From contig MU005974.1 of assembly GCA_010093745.1 (NCBI GenBank), positions 124,001-188,000 on the forward strand: DNA of 64,000 nucleotides, in the 5' to 3' direction. This document shows positions 30,264 to 42,272 of the stretch, in pieces. Every line of letters begins with the position of its first letter. Within the stretch, counting starts at the first letter, position 1. The translations under genes and the position numbers were made by a program. The DNA is from Piedraia hortae CBS 480.64. Taxonomy: Eukaryota. Under the pieces are notes generated by a model. It saw only the letters and a list, made by a program, of their open reading frames with translations, had not been told where the DNA came from and searched no databases.

Positions 30264-31820
30264 ATGCTTTCTTCATTCTTCGCCGTACTGGCGTCGGCAG
30301 CGCTGGCGCTTGCCATTCCCTTGAACCATGGCCATTCTCACCGTCATCTTCCTCGTCATCTTTTGAGCGATATGGTTTGGACCAGTGCCAATTCATACAC
30401 GCAGCAGACAAATAATCTGCCCAGTTATTACTCCAATCCGACTCTGACCATGAGCCAAAGCTCTCCAGCTACTTCAACTCCCTGTTCCACCGCTATTGTG
30501 AGCTTCAATCCGTCGGCCTCACAATCAATAGTCGGGATGCACAGCGCGAACTCTACAACGTTGGTGCTCTCCACACGAACCGCCTCTTCCAACCAAACAG
30601 CCCCTAGCACCCCAACTGTCTCTCCTGGTTCTCCTTCTTACTTGCCTTCTTTGACGCCAAAATCCAGCGATGGAGCCCCTTTTCGCGGTGTCAACATTGG
30701 CGGCTGGCTCATCCTAGAACCTTGGATGAATTCTGATCTCTTCAATGGCATCGACGCCAAAGACCAATGCACCTTTGACAAGGTTGCTCGTCAAAATGAT
30801 ACGCTGCGTCAATCATTATATAAGCACTGGGACACTTACTTCACCGAGGCTGACATGCAAAAGTTGGCTTCCTGGGGTATCAACGCCGTTCGCATTCCCA
30901 TTGGCTATTGGGCCTACCGTGATCCGTATCAGCTTTACATTACCGGCGCCGATGCCTACTTGGAGCGTGCCATTGGTTGGGCGCGCGAATATGGCATAAA
31001 AGTGCTGGTCGACTGCCACGGTTCACCCGGGTCCCAGAACGGGTTTGACAACAGTGGTCAAGCTGGTGCCGTGGAGTGGCAACAACAGACTAATCAGGAC
31101 CTCAGCATTGAGGTGCTCAAGCAAATATCCCGAAAGTACGGGGCACAGTCATACGCCGACGTAGTGTTTGCCATCGAGCTCGTCAATGAACCCATTTCGT
31201 GGGGAGCAAACAAGTTCGATGTCATCAAAGACTGGGCGCAAAAGGCAGCGGCAGCCGTTAAACAGGCAGCAACCAACAATGACCTTGAAATCATCATGCA
31301 TGACGCTTTCCAGGGCGCCCAGAGCTGGGGTCAGACGGGTTCCACCATCAGCCGCGTCACAAGCCCCAACTTTGCCCTTGACCTCCACCTCTATCAGAAC
31401 CAGGACGGCGCAGACCTGCAACTGGATCAAGAGCAGCACATCCAAAAAGCGTGCGATTGGGCCAAGACCGCGCTCAATAGCTCTTCGGGCCTGTCGGTAT
31501 ATGTGGGCGAGTTCAGTTCACAGACCAACATTTGCGTTAGCGCCGATGGGAAGACGACAACAGCAGGCTCGTCGTGTCAGGAAGAAGGCTGTCAATGCTC
31601 GGCCACCCTCGACGTATCTGTTTGGCATCAGCCACTTATTGATGCGAGCCGACGCTTCCTAGAGGCAGAGCTCGACGCCTTTGAGCGTGCTTCACGGGGC
31701 TGGTTTCTGTGGTCCTACAAAGGCCCGGGGGCTTGGGGTCTGGACAACATGATGCGTTATGGGCTAATGGGCCCACACAAGGTGACGGATCGTCAGTTCC
31801 CGTGTGCCTGTACTTGGTAG
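30264..31820 (+). CDS. Secreted GH5 exo-beta-1,3-glucanase-like protein with Ser/Thr-rich linker
   Basis: Signal peptide, RGVNIGGWLILEPWM, VRIPIGYWA, HGSPGSQNGFDNSG, NEP acid/base and VGEFS nucleophile. Confidence 0.92.
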   Translation: MLSSFFAVLASAALALAIPLNHGHSHRHLPRHLLSDMVWTSANSYTQQTNNLPSYYSNPTLTMSQSSPATSTPCSTAIVSFNPSASQSIVGMHSANSTTLVLSTRTASSNQTAPSTPTVSPGSPSYLPSLTPKSSDGAPFRGVNIGGWLILEPWMNSDLFNGIDAKDQCTFDKVARQNDTLRQSLYKHWDTYFTEADMQKLASWGINAVRIPIGYWAYRDPYQLYITGADAYLERAIGWAREYGIKVLVDCHGSPGSQNGFDNSGQAGAVEWQQQTNQDLSIEVLKQISRKYGAQSYADVVFAIELVNEPISWGANKFDVIKDWAQKAAAAVKQAATNNDLEIIMHDAFQGAQSWGQTGSTISRVTSPNFALDLHLYQNQDGADLQLDQEQHIQKACDWAKTALNSSSGLSVYVGEFSSQTNICVSADGKTTTAGSSCQEEGCQCSATLDVSVWHQPLIDASRRFLEAELDAFERASRGWFLWSYKGPGAWGLDNMMRYGLMGPHKVTDRQFPCACTW

Positions 31821-32323
31821 CGTTTTACGAGTGCGATGATTAAAAATTTTTTTTTTGTTCCACAACACAGCTTTTCCCTTTCCCCTGCCATCCCCTTCGA
31901 AGCCGTCCCCTTGAGCTGATAGCTGATGGATCACAGTTGCGATCCCGGAAGTTAAAGCGGCATCGAGGCGCAGTGGATCCCAGAACCAGCTCTCTGGTAA
32001 CCATTAGTCAGGACGACCATACAGTCCAGTCTGCGTACACCATGTCGCCATGTTATCAATGTGTCGGTCACTGTCAGATGTCTCTTGGACGCTTCGGCCG
32101 TTGTCTACAGCTATGCAGCGGATATGCCGATGAGCTCGTCCTTCATTGGAACCCCCAAAGATCCAGATGCTTCTAACCATCGACTCAAGGACCGAGTATA
32201 AACATCCCCAACGAAATCGTATTTTTCATCATCTTCAGATCATCACCCCCTATCTTCTCTGCATCTCTGTTCGTTCCTCTCTGCTCCTCTCGCTCTCACC
32301 CTCACTTCCGACACTCTGCGAAG

Positions 32324-33491
32324 ATGCGTTCTTCTTTCGTTCCCGCACTCGTTGGAGCCCTTGTGGCCAGCTGCTCGGCAGTCACTCTGATCTCGAACTC
32401 GAGCGGTTTGTCTGCCCATCTGATTGGCGTTGAAGCAAGAAATTGACAAAACAGCTGCTCCTACCACCACTGAGAGCACTACCCCGTCCAGCTCTGCTAC
32501 CACCGTCTTCACCACTCTGGTGATCAACAATTCCTCATCTACCACAGAGGCGGTCGTTGTTGCAATTGTGCCTACATCAGTGGCATTTGGCCTTCCCAGC
32601 TCGTCTGCTACCTCCGACAACAACTTGCCAATCATCATCCCCAATGTGCCTCAGCTTTCACTTCCCGCTGCCACGACCACGGTTTTCACCACAGTTGCCC
32701 CTACAACTACGTCGGCTGCCACCGTTGAATCCACAACTACGCCGGTTACCACCAGCTCCGACAGCGAAGTAGCCACCAGCACAGTGCTTACTACTAGCAC
32801 CGTGTTGCTCACTACGTCTGGTGGAAGCAATGCGCTTAACACCGAGCCAGGAACTGTGCCCACGACAGCTACCGGTAGCAACGCAATTGATACTGCCTCT
32901 GGCTCTTCCCAGGCGTTTAGCACCGGCACCAATGCGCTCGACATGGCATCTGGCTCTTCCCACGTGTTTACTAGTACTGGAACCAATGCCCTCTTGACCA
33001 CAGATTCCAGCACAACTGCTACCACTTCCAGCAGCAGTGCTGAAACTGAGTCCTCGGAGGCACCAACAACGAGCACCCCTCAGTCTACAACTCCTGTTGT
33101 CGTGACCATCTACTCAACTCTTCCAGACACCTCGCCGAACCAGTCAGGTGTCCCGGTCACAACCGTGGTTTCAACCGCCTCGGAAGCACCGAGCACCGAA
33201 TCCACCACGTCTACACCAACAACCTCGTCCAGCTCGTCCATTTCAAGCTCGTCGAGCACTTCCACCTCGAGCCCATCCAGCTCGTCCACTTCGAGCTCGT
33301 CAAGCTCGTCCTCTTCGAGCTCATCGAGCTCGTCTGCCACACCGACGATTACTTCGGCAGTCAATGCGGACACCACGCTACGAACAATCTACACTATCAC
33401 CTTCCCCAAAACACAGACCATTGAGGAGCTTCTGCCCATCAAGTTTGTGACCCGCACTACTCAGGCGGCTGCTGCGACCACATCGGCCTAA
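32324..33491 (+). CDS. Secreted Ser/Thr-rich (mucin-like) protein; exons 32324-32405 and 32455-33491
   Basis: Signal-peptide exon MRSSFVPALVGALVASCSA joins the S/T-rich ORF in frame across intron 32406-32454. Internal (S/T)NA(L/I) repeats. Confidence 0.75.
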
Positions 33492-33722
33492 GAAGCTCGA
33501 GAGGGGCTTTAGAGTGATAGCAAAGCTGTATTGGATCAGTCAAAAGTAGAGTAGAGTAGATTGAGTTGTACATGCTCGTAGTGCATAATTGCTACCTGTA
33601 AATTTCACGATCATCCATAAAAATCTGCCAAGAAAAGCGGGACGGGCCGAACAGATAGATCGACAATATGCATGGCGTTGCAATACCAGCAAAGCCGTGT
33701 TATTGGTCGATAACAACACGAT

Positions 33723-35081
33723 ATGAGTACAGTTAACGTGCAGCTTTCCACGATGGAGCCCGATACAGGACGGTCGAGCTCACGGCAGCGATCGCGGCCA
33801 TCATCGACGACGGCCGACAGCGCGCGACTGCGGACCTCAATGCGCAACTCAATGGAAGAAGGCGACACGGAACGCGGCACAGGGCTTCCCGGCTACAACG
33901 ACGTTAACGACCCGTTTAAGCTTCGGGACGCACTCATGACCGACGAGCAAATGGCAGCAATCAAAGCCAACTCACGCCGGAAGCGAATACCCCTAGGCAA
34001 AAGCCCACGCGCCGCCCTCCACGCACACAAACTTCGGGGCTTCTATCGACAACAAAACGAAAAAATCGAACGCTGGCTAAAACCCGTGCACGAACACGTC
34101 CAAGACGCGCGCGACGAACAAGGCTCCGACGCATTACAATACCGCATCGCGGTGGGCGCCTCCCTCATCGCCAACATCTTACTAGCCGTAATTCAACTCT
34201 ATGCGGCTATCGGCGCGGGCTCATTATCCCTCTTCGCCACCGCAGCGGACGCAGTCTGCGACCCCCTAAGCAACCTCACCCTCCTCTTATGCCACCGGGC
34301 CGTCAATCGCGTCGATCCGAGAAAATACCCCTCCGGCAAAGCCCGCATCGAAACCGCAGGCAACATCACCTTTGGATTCGTAATGGCCTGCATCTCCGTA
34401 ATCCTCATCACAGTCTCATCAATCCAACTCCTCCAAAACGAAGGCCGCAACGAACTAAAGCCCCTAAAACTAACCCCCATCATTGTCGTCGGCGTAGCAT
34501 TCCTAACAAAATTCTCCCTCTTCATCTACTGCTTCGCGTTAAGAAACAAATACTCCCAAGTCCGCATCCTCTGGCTCGACCACCGCAACGATATGCTCAT
34601 CAACGGCTTCGGGCTCACAACCGCCATCCTAGGCTCGCGAATTGCGTGGTGGATCGATCCCGCTGGTGCTATAGCCATCTCTATCCTCATCGCGGGGATA
34701 TGGATAAGAACTTGTTATTCGGAATTTCAACTACTTATTGGTCAGAGTGCGGATACGGCGTTTCTGCAGCATGTGACGTATATTAGCATGACGCATAGCC
34801 CGCTTATTACGCAGCTGGATACGGTTAGGGCGTGGCATTCGGGCCCGAGACTTATCGTCGAAGTGGATGTGGTGGTGGATAAGGTAAGGACCGTGGAGGA
34901 AACGCATGACGTTGCGGAGGATTTGCAGAGGAAGCTTGAGTCTCTGCCGGATGTGGAGAGGTGTTATGTCCATGTGGATTATGAGACGAGTCATGCGCCG
35001 GAACATTTGTGAGTTTTTCCGTATCATTTTGGGGGGAGGGGAGGGATGCTAACGCTGCGTAGTTGGAAGAAGGAATTGTAA
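33723..35081 (+). CDS. Cation diffusion facilitator (Mn/Fe-CDF, MTP8-11-like); last intron 35009-35062
   Basis: SLSLFATAADAVCD, YPSGKARIE, DHRND, WWIDPAGA, DTVRAWHSG and ERCYVHVDYE. Spliced end HFWKKEL. Confidence 0.9.
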
Positions 35082-36817
35082 ACTGGGTTGGGTTATGAGG
35101 TATTGGGCGGGTCGTGCTATGGGATGAAGGTGGGCAGGGTATGGGTTATGAGGTAGATGGGTAATGAAGTTTTTGGGGCGATGGGATGGTTATGATAGGA
35201 AAGGACTATTGGTAGGCATAGTGTAGTATAGCATGAATAAGATGGTTAATATCGCAGGGCAAGGGGGTGGGATTGTTGATTTTGGTAATTGTGTATGCCA
35301 CTTCGAACTGCGGGGATTGGGTGAAGTGATGGTGTTGTGGATAGACTACGTACCGCTGGAGACAACCCACATGAATCTTTAAAGCTCGAATATAAACCAA
35401 AATCGAAAGGTGCAACCTGGAACTAGTCCCGGAGCATTCATATCTATTAGGATGATTGCATGCTATGGCTCTGATAATCCTTGGGGTTGCCAACGCCGTC
35501 AAGAAAACTCAATTTGCCTAAAAACTGCATATCAAAGTCTAACAATTGACCAGAAGGCCGAGTTTTCAACTATCATAAATCCGGAGAGCATGATGAACGT
35601 AGCTCCACCGCTCGAGAAAGATGAGAGACTTCCGCGCCAAGGAAAGCTGTTGGCTGCGCGGATGGACACCGCGTTTGTCGGGATTAGAAGTTGCCTTCCG
35701 ATTTGAGGACAGTAGAGGTTGTGGTAGTGACTGTGGACTAGGCTTACTATGATCGTGGCTGTGTTTTCCTCAGCATGTTTTTTATCATAAGTTTCCTTTG
35801 TGTGGCGGGTCAATGTTTTGGAGAACTCTCGCCTTGTGTGAGTGTTCTGGGTATGAAAGTTAGAACTACTTTCCTTAACTTTTTTTCAACTTGAGCGGAT
35901 GCCCTTGCAAGGGAATCACGCCAATTTACGGGTTAAGAGAATTTGGTACTGCACGGTTTGGGATGGGGAGATACCCGTGCGCTTGGTAGATCGCTTATTT
36001 CATGCGAATAGGTGGGGGCTGAGGAGTGTTTCCGAACTGTGGAATTGTGAGGAAGGGCGAAGGGTGACTGAGATAGAAAAGGCCAAGGAGAAAAGGAGGC
36101 AAAGCGGCGCGTGAGCATGAAAAAGGAAGCCCGACGGGAGTGGGGAGACCTTTGCGAAATTCGGTATGAGTTTCATAGATGTTGAGCTTCACAGGGGAAA
36201 AATTTCCAAGGTCGATCTAGGTTTTATCTTGTACGGGGGTTATGAACGTTGAAGGCTTACGGTAAGAATTGAGCGCCTATTGATTCGTACAACATATAGT
36301 CGAACCAGGTTATAGCGGGTTGAGTTGGCGCAAGATTTCTGTTCGTTATGCCAAGGATCTGCTGCATTCAGTGTCCGCTGTGTCCACGTTTGACTGTAAT
36401 GTTTATAATTAACCGGGAAACGGTGGAAGAGTCATCGACGAATGCATCGTTTTGTGAGCGTTTAGCTCAAGTACACATCCAAATCACAGTACAAACACGC
36501 ACGAGGGATCAATCATCAGACACCTGCCTGTGGTGGATAGGGTATCGGACCTCTCGTGGTTTTAACTACACCGAGGATGTTTTCCCTCTGGCGCGGTCAC
36601 AACGAATGCGACTTGGGTCGTGCTGGAATGTGGGGTAGTCTTGGCACACAAGTTTATCCCTCGCTTCCGACCATTCTGTACTCATAATAACACACACAGC
36701 TGTCTGTTCCACCCTTGGCCGATATCGGGGTAGATTACGCTACCCTTCGCTAAGCACATAGTAGTATGGCATAAGTAAGTTATAAAAAAGATTGACTGGC
36801 TACCTATATATAGGAAA

Positions 36818-36914
36818 GGCAAGGTGGCCGAGTGGTTATGGCGCTAGTTTCAGGTTGTTTTCATCGCAACTACTAGTGGAGCAATCCACGCGAGTTCGAG
36901 TCTCGTCCTTGTCA
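36818..36914 (+). tRNA. tRNA-Leu(CAG) with 16-nt intron (36855-36870)
   Basis: Acceptor GGCAAGG/CCTTGTC, D-arm with A box, anticodon stem CTAGT/ACTAG with loop TT-CAG-G, long variable arm, T-loop GTTCGAGTC. T6 terminator at 36918-36923 and an upstream TATA. Confidence 0.93.
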
Positions 36915-37999
36915 ACCTTTTTTACTCTAAGCCTAGATTGTTGGGAGGTGGGGATGAGAAGGAGAAATTGAGGTGATAATAAGGTTTTGCCTTCAAGAAA
37001 CAAAGCGTGGTGTTTCGTGGTTGGTACAAGGGGAATAGGTATACACATAAGAAGGGCTTCCCTTTCCGAAATGTATGATATACCTTGTGAGGAGGTTAAT
37101 TGAGAAACCCCGTTTCGAAAGTGTGATTTTTACTCTTGGGATCACGTTTGGAAGCGGGATCTACCTACTTAAGTCAGCGCCAAATTTTTGAATTACGCAA
37201 GCGGGGGCATATTCCTGTTCTAATTCTCGCATATATGTTTGATATGTATGTGAGAGGTTGTTATCCTGATGTTGTAAGATTTTTCGGTCTGTTGTTGGCG
37301 CAGGAGTTTTGCCATGTGTTGATGATCCACTGCCTGTGCATAGGTCGATTATTGTCACATAGGAGTCAGGGCAGGGTTTAATTAACTTCTACTTTTCGAA
37401 CGTATGAGTTGCGGCATGACATCTTAAGGCGACTTTAGATCGTCTTGTGATCGTTCGTAATGTATACCTTGGCATTCGACCAGGTTTGTGTAGGCTCGCC
37501 ACTACCTGTGGGCGCGCCTCGTCCAGTTCAGGTTTGTCCTGCAGAAGAAATCACTACTCTTGCTCAACGAGGCCTTGTGAGTCATCTTGCTGGATAATGT
37601 TACACTTGGATGACATCCTGCAGGACTACATCGCCCGGCGGATTTGGACCCCCAGTTCAGCGCGGTAGTCAAGCTGCGGCTGCCCGTGGCCTAGTATTGA
37701 TAGATGCACCATATCATGGCGTATTCGCGGCAAATTGGGATGGAATGCTCCAATCCGCCTGCACCTCGTCAAGCTTGTCATTGATTCTGTAAGTTCCATG
37801 CATGCACCACGCATAATCACACCCCACGGCACAGCCTTGTAACAGCTTCCTTGGTCTCGAAGGTTCTCGAGTCTTGTCACAACCTTCAATCGTGCCCATC
37901 ATGCACAATTGGATGATGCATTTAAGACCGAAGAGAAAGTCGCATGCTTCACATCAACCTACTTCCCCTTCAAATCCATCCACGTCACGGGCCTCAAAA

Positions 38000-40900
38000 T
38001 CCATCCCACAGCTCTCACTGTCTTTGCAGCTATACAATACGCCTGTCCGGGCTGCATCCCCAGCGAGACCTGCAGACAATTCCTTTCGAAGTCTGAGACA
38101 GTTGACGGTCGATGCACTTGTCAGTCTTTCACATGACGACCGCAAGTTTGTTAAGGAGCAACTCGGTGCGAATAATAATCTTGAGAGAGACGCGGCTTAG
38201 GTCATGGCCTTCAGAGGACAATACCATGAAAATCTAGTCAATGGATAGTCAGGATGCGGAAATTGCTCGTCAAATGATGCTATTTGCGCCGGTTTTTGAC
38301 GTTGAATCGAATGTCATACTAGAGGTGCTTTGCCTGCCATGGGCGGGTATCAGCTCTATATTAATGGTAAGCAATAGTCTTTGTATGTGCAACTCTGATT
38401 AACAGCATTTCTCTAGGTGGCTCAGAAGGTTCACGACCTGAGTTAGTCGATTTTAGAGGAAATCGAAGTGGTACTGGGCTCCAATCACCTCCTCACCGCG
38501 TACTCTGCCATCTACAGCCAGGTCGATGCGACTTCGGCGCTTGCGCATCTTTATAACCACCTCGTCACACTATACGGCCTTATCCGAGAATTCTTGGCGC
38601 ACGCTCATCGAACATACGACATGCACAAGTGGGAGGAGACTGCACAATGTCTAGCTGATGTGGTTATACCAAATTTTGAAGCCAACCACGACAGGGTGTT
38701 GGAAATCATTGAGCACCATGCAAGGACTGTAGATAGAGAAGTGTCGGAGAAGCAGCAGGCTTGGGTCACTGAAAAGCTGAAGACGCTGAAGAAACACAGG
38801 CAAAGATCAATCAAGGAGTTAGAGATGTTCAACAAACTCTAGATCTTAGTGCTCTTCATAGCGCTGAAGGGGCAACTTACAACTCTATGGACTACGGTGG
38901 TCACAACCAGAGTGGCGAACTTCAGTTGTGTCTGAGCGGTGCACGAGTCCGAATCAAACGGACAATATTGGCCTGGGCCACTAAGGCCAATGACCAAAGA
39001 ATCTTCTGGGTAACTGGGAAGGCAGGAACTGGTAAATCCACAATTGGCTGAAGTATTGCACATGAATTAGCGAAACAGGGATACTTGTTGGAAAGCTTCT
39101 TCGAGCGCGGCCAGGGCGAGCTGAGCCGGGTCTGATGTCAAGGTTATTGTCATCGATGCTCTCGATGAGTGCAAGGAGTGGGGAGCAATAGGCCACGCCA
39201 TTACCGACACTTCGTGCTCATACATCCATGAACCTGAAGGTCTTCGTGACAAACCGGTCAGACAATAAAGTCGGGGATAAGCTCAAGCAAATGGAGAGCA
39301 GCGATCTACAGCACGAGAGGCTTGAGAACTTGCAAACGAATACCATTAAACAAGATTTGACAATGTTTTGTAAGGATGAACTGAGGAAGCTTCGTTTGGA
39401 AAGCAGGAACAAATCAAGCTTCGACAAACTAGAGGAAGACTGGCCAGGAGAAGTCGTAGTGAACGATCTCGTTAACATATGCCAGCCACTGTTCATCACA
39501 GCATCCACAATATTCAGAGATGTTAGTGGCGATCCACGACAACGGCTTCAAAAATGGGTTGACCGACTCAACTTTACTGGTTCAGAAGCGCTGAACGTGA
39601 TCTATTTAGACATGCTGGAAGAAGTGGTTGATCTCGACGAGGAGTGGCTTGAGCTGATTCAGTCAAGCCATCAAACCGATCGCTGTCCTACATTCCTCGC
39701 TCTCCTTGCCGGCGCTTACAGATCTGCTGGGAGGAGGAGACCCTCTGCTGCTTACTAATGATCTCAAGCCTTTTAGTTCAGTAATTGACTTTCCCAGTGG
39801 CAAAGAACTGAAAGCAGGTTCACTAGCTCCAATACGGATATATCACAATTCCTTTCGAGACTTTTTAGTGGATTCCACCCTAAAGGGCAAATCTCCGTTC
39901 TGGACTGATGAAGAGGAGACACATGGTATCATCCTGAAGATATGCATGGATTTGCTGAGGAAAGACTAAGCAGCGATGTGTGCATATGCAAGAATCCAGG
40001 GACACGACGCAAATCCGTGCCACTCAAGCATGTAGAAAAGCACATTCGTGAATCAGTACAATACGCATGTCGTAGTTGGGTCAGACATGCAACCCATAGC
40101 AATCAGATGATTCAGGATGACGCACAGGTGGATAGTTTCTTGCGCACATGTTTTCTGTTTTGGACAGAGGCAACGGCTTGGCTGGACAAGCTCGGGGAAG
40201 TGTTAACAAGTCTTAGGCAGCTACAAAAGGCCATCGATGTAAGTATAGCGTTGGTTGACATTCGAATAGAACTTGACTGATCATGCACAGACAAAACACT
40301 CCCCTGGGCTGCAAGCCTTTGTCGCCGATACTCTGAAGCGGGTTCCAGCGCATTGGACCTTGATCAGCAACGCACCGCTTCAGATAGCACTGGCGTTTGC
40401 GCCGAGCAACAGTGTTGCACGACACACCTTCAAACATGAAATGGAGGGGTTTCTGAAAGTTTGGTCGCCACTAGCAAGTCCCGTATTGCAGACGTTCACG
40501 TGGCATAGATTTCTTGTAACGACGATAGTACCATCACTCGACGACAAAAAAACTTGTGACCACTGGCTGGGATGATACAGCTCGACTATGGGACATTGAA
40601 AGCGGGACCGAAGAAGAGTGTTTGAAGATTGACTCTCGCTGTTCCCTTTCATCTCCCTCCGAAGACGGCACTGTGATAATTGCCCATTTAAGCTGGAAGT
40701 TGTTGAGTTGGAATTCTGAAGACGACCTCCGTCGAGTTGACGTGAAGCTACCAGGCCATGCAAGATACGTTTCCGTCTCTCCAAATGGCCGATTCTCTGC
40801 TTGGGGCCTTAATACAGGTAGAATTTACATTTGGGATGGCGACAACGACATTGGAGAGGTGCTGGAGGGCCACAATTCTTCAGTGCGATGGATGTCATTC

Positions 40901-42272
40901 TCGTCTGATAACGAGACGTTATTGTCGGGTTCGACGGACATTTGGAGACCGAGTACAAAAACTGGACATGAGAAGATTTGCCACGTCGCTGCTGAAGTAA
41001 GGGCTATCGCGACAGCGTCGGATGACACTTTCGTGGTTTTTGGGTCTGCACCGGGCAGTTGGGGCGCCTCTCCTGAATTTGCCACAATATCGGTATTTAG
41101 CCACGATAAGCAAGCCGTTAACCGGATCTCAAAATTGCCAGTGAAGTCGGGGTGCTGTTTTGCAATTGCCCCAGACAGCAAGAAGGTTATCATCCCCGAA
41201 CCAGTCACCGACCTTCCTGTACCGGTTTCGAACTAAACCCAACCCAAAAAGCTGTCGTTATGTCGCACCGACATGTTCACCATGACGTTCTCACCTGGGT
41301 TGATGGCTCTGATGCATTGCTAATACAGCTAGACGCGAGTTTGGTGATAAAGAATGAGCAGCAAAGGGCTGGCACAGCTACCGTTGGAATGTCCACGGAA
41401 GGCCAATTAATCGCCTTATTGTCCTGAAACAATCAGCGAAGTCCTTGAAATACCGAAACGCAGATTTGCAAACGACATTTATCGGGTGAAAAGCTTGCCA
41501 ATCTCCCCTTGTTTCCAAGACAGATCCTGATCTCATTGGACATGTGTTTCGTGGTTGTTGCCAATCTAAACTACCCCCCAGAAAATACAGTAATCAAATG
41601 GGATCCTGAAACCAATTTATTGACAGAACTGGAAAACAAACCGGACCATATTCCTGCTCTTGCCATCTCCCCAGACAGCAAATCACTCCTTTGCGGCTTG
41701 AACGATGGTCGGATATGGACTTTTGACCTGAACAGTGGCATTTGGTCCAAGGCGTTTACGGGGCATACAAACACTGTCACAGAGGTTGTATTTTCTCCAA
41801 ACGGCCAAGAATTTGCGTCGGTGTCGGACGACAAAACAGTGAAGATTTGGAACCCTCAAACACAAGCCTCATCAATGTTAAGTTGCGAAGGTTTGATATC
41901 TGAGATGTATATCTCAGCACACGGTCGGATGCTTTACACATCCAATAGGAGGTGCATATGTGAATGGGACATTGAGAAAGCATGCATGGTGCGAAAACTT
42001 GACACGGAAGGCTCTGAATCTATAATTGTTCGATTCTCTTCAATGGTCGCTTTGTGCGTGCGTTTTGTCGGCCTTTCCTGAACATGCTAGGAGCCGATAG
42101 AATTGATCAGGCTCAGACGCAAGCAGCCAATTCGGCATCGACCAATACACTTCCTTTTATGTTTGGGAATCGCGAGGTTTTAGCCTGGAAAGGTTTTGTG
42201 AACAGTGGGTGGATCACTGTCAATTGTCGGGACACGTTCCAGCTTCCCAAGCCGCTTTGTCAAAGCGATTAG
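38000..42272 (+). pseudogene. Decayed NACHT-WD40 (NWD/HET-E-like) NLR gene
   Basis: N-terminal helical domain (LPWAGISSILM, LVTLYGLIREFLA), Walker A GKAGTGKST at 39016-39042, Walker B VIVIDALDEC, IYHNSFRDFL, QYACRSWVRH and WD40 repeats (FTGHTNTVTEVVFSPNG...DDKTVKIW). Many stops and frameshifts; 5' boundary approximate. Confidence 0.88.

Noticed and set aside
36150..36310. GAAATTCGGT resembling the RNase P RNA CR-I motif
   Set aside because: No complementary CR-V/P4 partner found downstream.
36841..36875. TTCA in the tRNA anticodon arm suggesting a UCA (Sec/suppressor) tRNA
   Set aside because: Stem register CTAGT/ACTAG puts U33 before CAG; the acceptor stem and variable arm fit an ordinary tRNA-Leu.
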